Shown: in pieces, positions 62,345 through 64,000 of the stretch | Layout: the number at the start of each line of letters is the position of its first letter | Position numbering within the stretch: position 1 is the stretch's first letter | NCBI RefSeq assembly: GCF_006345805.1 | Contig: NC_043001.1 | Coordinates: 19,654,001-19,718,000, forward strand | Direction of reading: 5' to 3' | Length of the DNA stretch: 64,000 nt | DNA from: Octopus sinensis | Taxonomy: Eukaryota | Program-made: the position numbers and the translations under genes | Notes under the pieces: model-generated | Database searches by the model: none | Seen by the model: the letters and a program-made list of their open reading frames with translations, nothing else | What the model was told of the DNA's origin: nothing

Positions 62345-63094
62345 TTAAAGCAGCCAATTTTGTCCGCTGTTGAAAATGTTAGGAGAATGCATAAGTACTT
62401 TTGTTAATGATCCTGAAAAAGAAATTATTTAATGTCCATTATGCTCAAAACTCACATATAAAGTACATTAAACATCATAGCTAGCTAAAAAATAGTTTAA
62501 TTTTGAAGTTATAATGGTTATAATAGCAGTAAAAATTGCATTTCAAAAACTGACCTTCCTCTTCAAAGCCAGCTCCTGACAGTTGCTAACTCTCTACAAG
62601 TCTGAAGTGAGATCCCCAACAGAATACTGCTCATTTGATTCACTGCAACTGTTGCCATTGAACACAAACATCCTAGACTGGTTTGTACAGAGTCACTCAC
62701 CTACTCACTCCAAACTTTGATCCACAGACATGCTCTTGGCTTTTGTCTTTTTTATTGTTACCAGTGGCCTCTGCTCTTTGGGGCAAGCTGATCTCATGCT
62801 CCTTCCCTTTACATTCACATGACTCACCCATCACCCACATTGTGTCTATTCCCTACATTGCACTGCACTAACAACTTCACCCAATCACTCCTCCCTAAAT
62901 ATCAAACTTTTTGGATTCCCTACCAACCCATGTTTTCCTTGTCAACAAGCTGATGAATATAGGAAAAGACAGTTGATTCAAGAATTACGTATCTCTTCCT
63001 CAAGTCAAAAATAAATTTTTAGATACAAAAATCACTTTCACAAAAAAAACAAATATTCAAATTTCTAAAAAACATCCAGAATATGTTGGACATC

Positions 63095-64000
63095 ATCATC
63101 ATTATCATTATCATTTAACATCCTTTTTCCATGCTGGCATGGGTTGGACACCTTGAGTGAAAACTGGTAAACTGGGGAGCTGCACCAGGTTTCAGTCTGA
63201 TTTGGCATGGTTTCTACAGCTAACCCTTCCTAGTACCAACCACTCCAAGAGTGTAATGGGTACTTATACATGCCACCAGCACAGGTGCCATTTTCATGAC
63301 ACCAGTATCTGTCAAGACTATGATTTTACTTGGTTTGATGGGTCTTCTTCTCAAGCACAGCATAATACCAGAGGTCATTGTCACTCATCATTGCCTCGGT
63401 AAGACCCAACACATGTAAGGTACTTTTCACGTGCCACCTTGCTTCTGTGAGGCTCAACACTTGAAAGGTACTTTTTACGTGCCACTGGCACAGGTGCCAG
63501 TTGTGACACTAGCATCAGCCACAACTATGATTTCACTTGGCTTGATAGGCCTTCTTAAGCACCGCATATCGCCCAGTCTTCGTCACTAGTCATTGCCTCT
63601 GTGAGGTCCAAAGTTTGAAGATCATGCTTCACCACCTTATCCCATGTCTTCCTGGGTCTACCTCTTCCACATGTTCCCTCCACAGTTAGAGATCAGCACT
63701 TCATTACACAGATGTCCTCGCCCATATGCATCACATGACCATATCAGCATAGTTGTCTCTCTTGCACACCACATCTGATGTCTCTTATGCCCAACTTTTC
63801 TGTCAAGATGCTTACACTCTGTTGTACATGCACACTAATATTGCACATCCAGCAAAGCATACTAGCTTCATTCTTTCAAGCCTATGCATGTCCTCAGCTG
63901 TCACAGCCTATGTTCCACTGCCATGTAGCATAGCTATTCACACACAGGCATCATACAATCTGCCTTTCACTCTGTTGCCAGCAGAAGTAGGAGCTCTCTG
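63095..64000 (-). mobile_element. RTE-type LINE 3' portion, running off the window
   Basis: (CAT)n tail at ~63095, then UTR, then the ORF end homologous to 29400-29630. Confidence 0.8.

Overview
AT-rich, repeat-dense animal genomic DNA, most likely from an octopus or other coleoid cephalopod. This is inferred from the (TA)n/(CA)n/(CAT)n microsatellite load and the SINE/RTE repertoire, not from a database match. Four protein-coding units are supported. (1) A spliced minus-strand gene for a putative 72-aa secreted peptide (exons 9142-9212 and 5095-5252); it is absent from the ORF track. (2) A minus-strand C2H2 zinc-finger gene (31824-33452) whose C-terminal half carries eight DHTY motifs matching the HCF-1-binding consensus. 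(3) A two-exon minus-strand 11-finger C2H2 gene (47834-51101, 817 aa). (4) An intronless plus-strand TOP6BL/TOPOVIBL-like ORF (58983-60356), divergent from gene 3. The rest is mostly mobile DNA: several tRNA-derived SINE families (some inserted as dimers or trimers), RTE-type LINE 3' ends, a fragmented R4/Dong-like LINE, four non-autonomous Helitrons, piggyBac-type and GGATC-terminal MITEs, a mariner relic, and a Penelope/retrozyme-like element with a degenerate hammerhead ribozyme. All family and homology calls are from recalled motifs; no searches were run.
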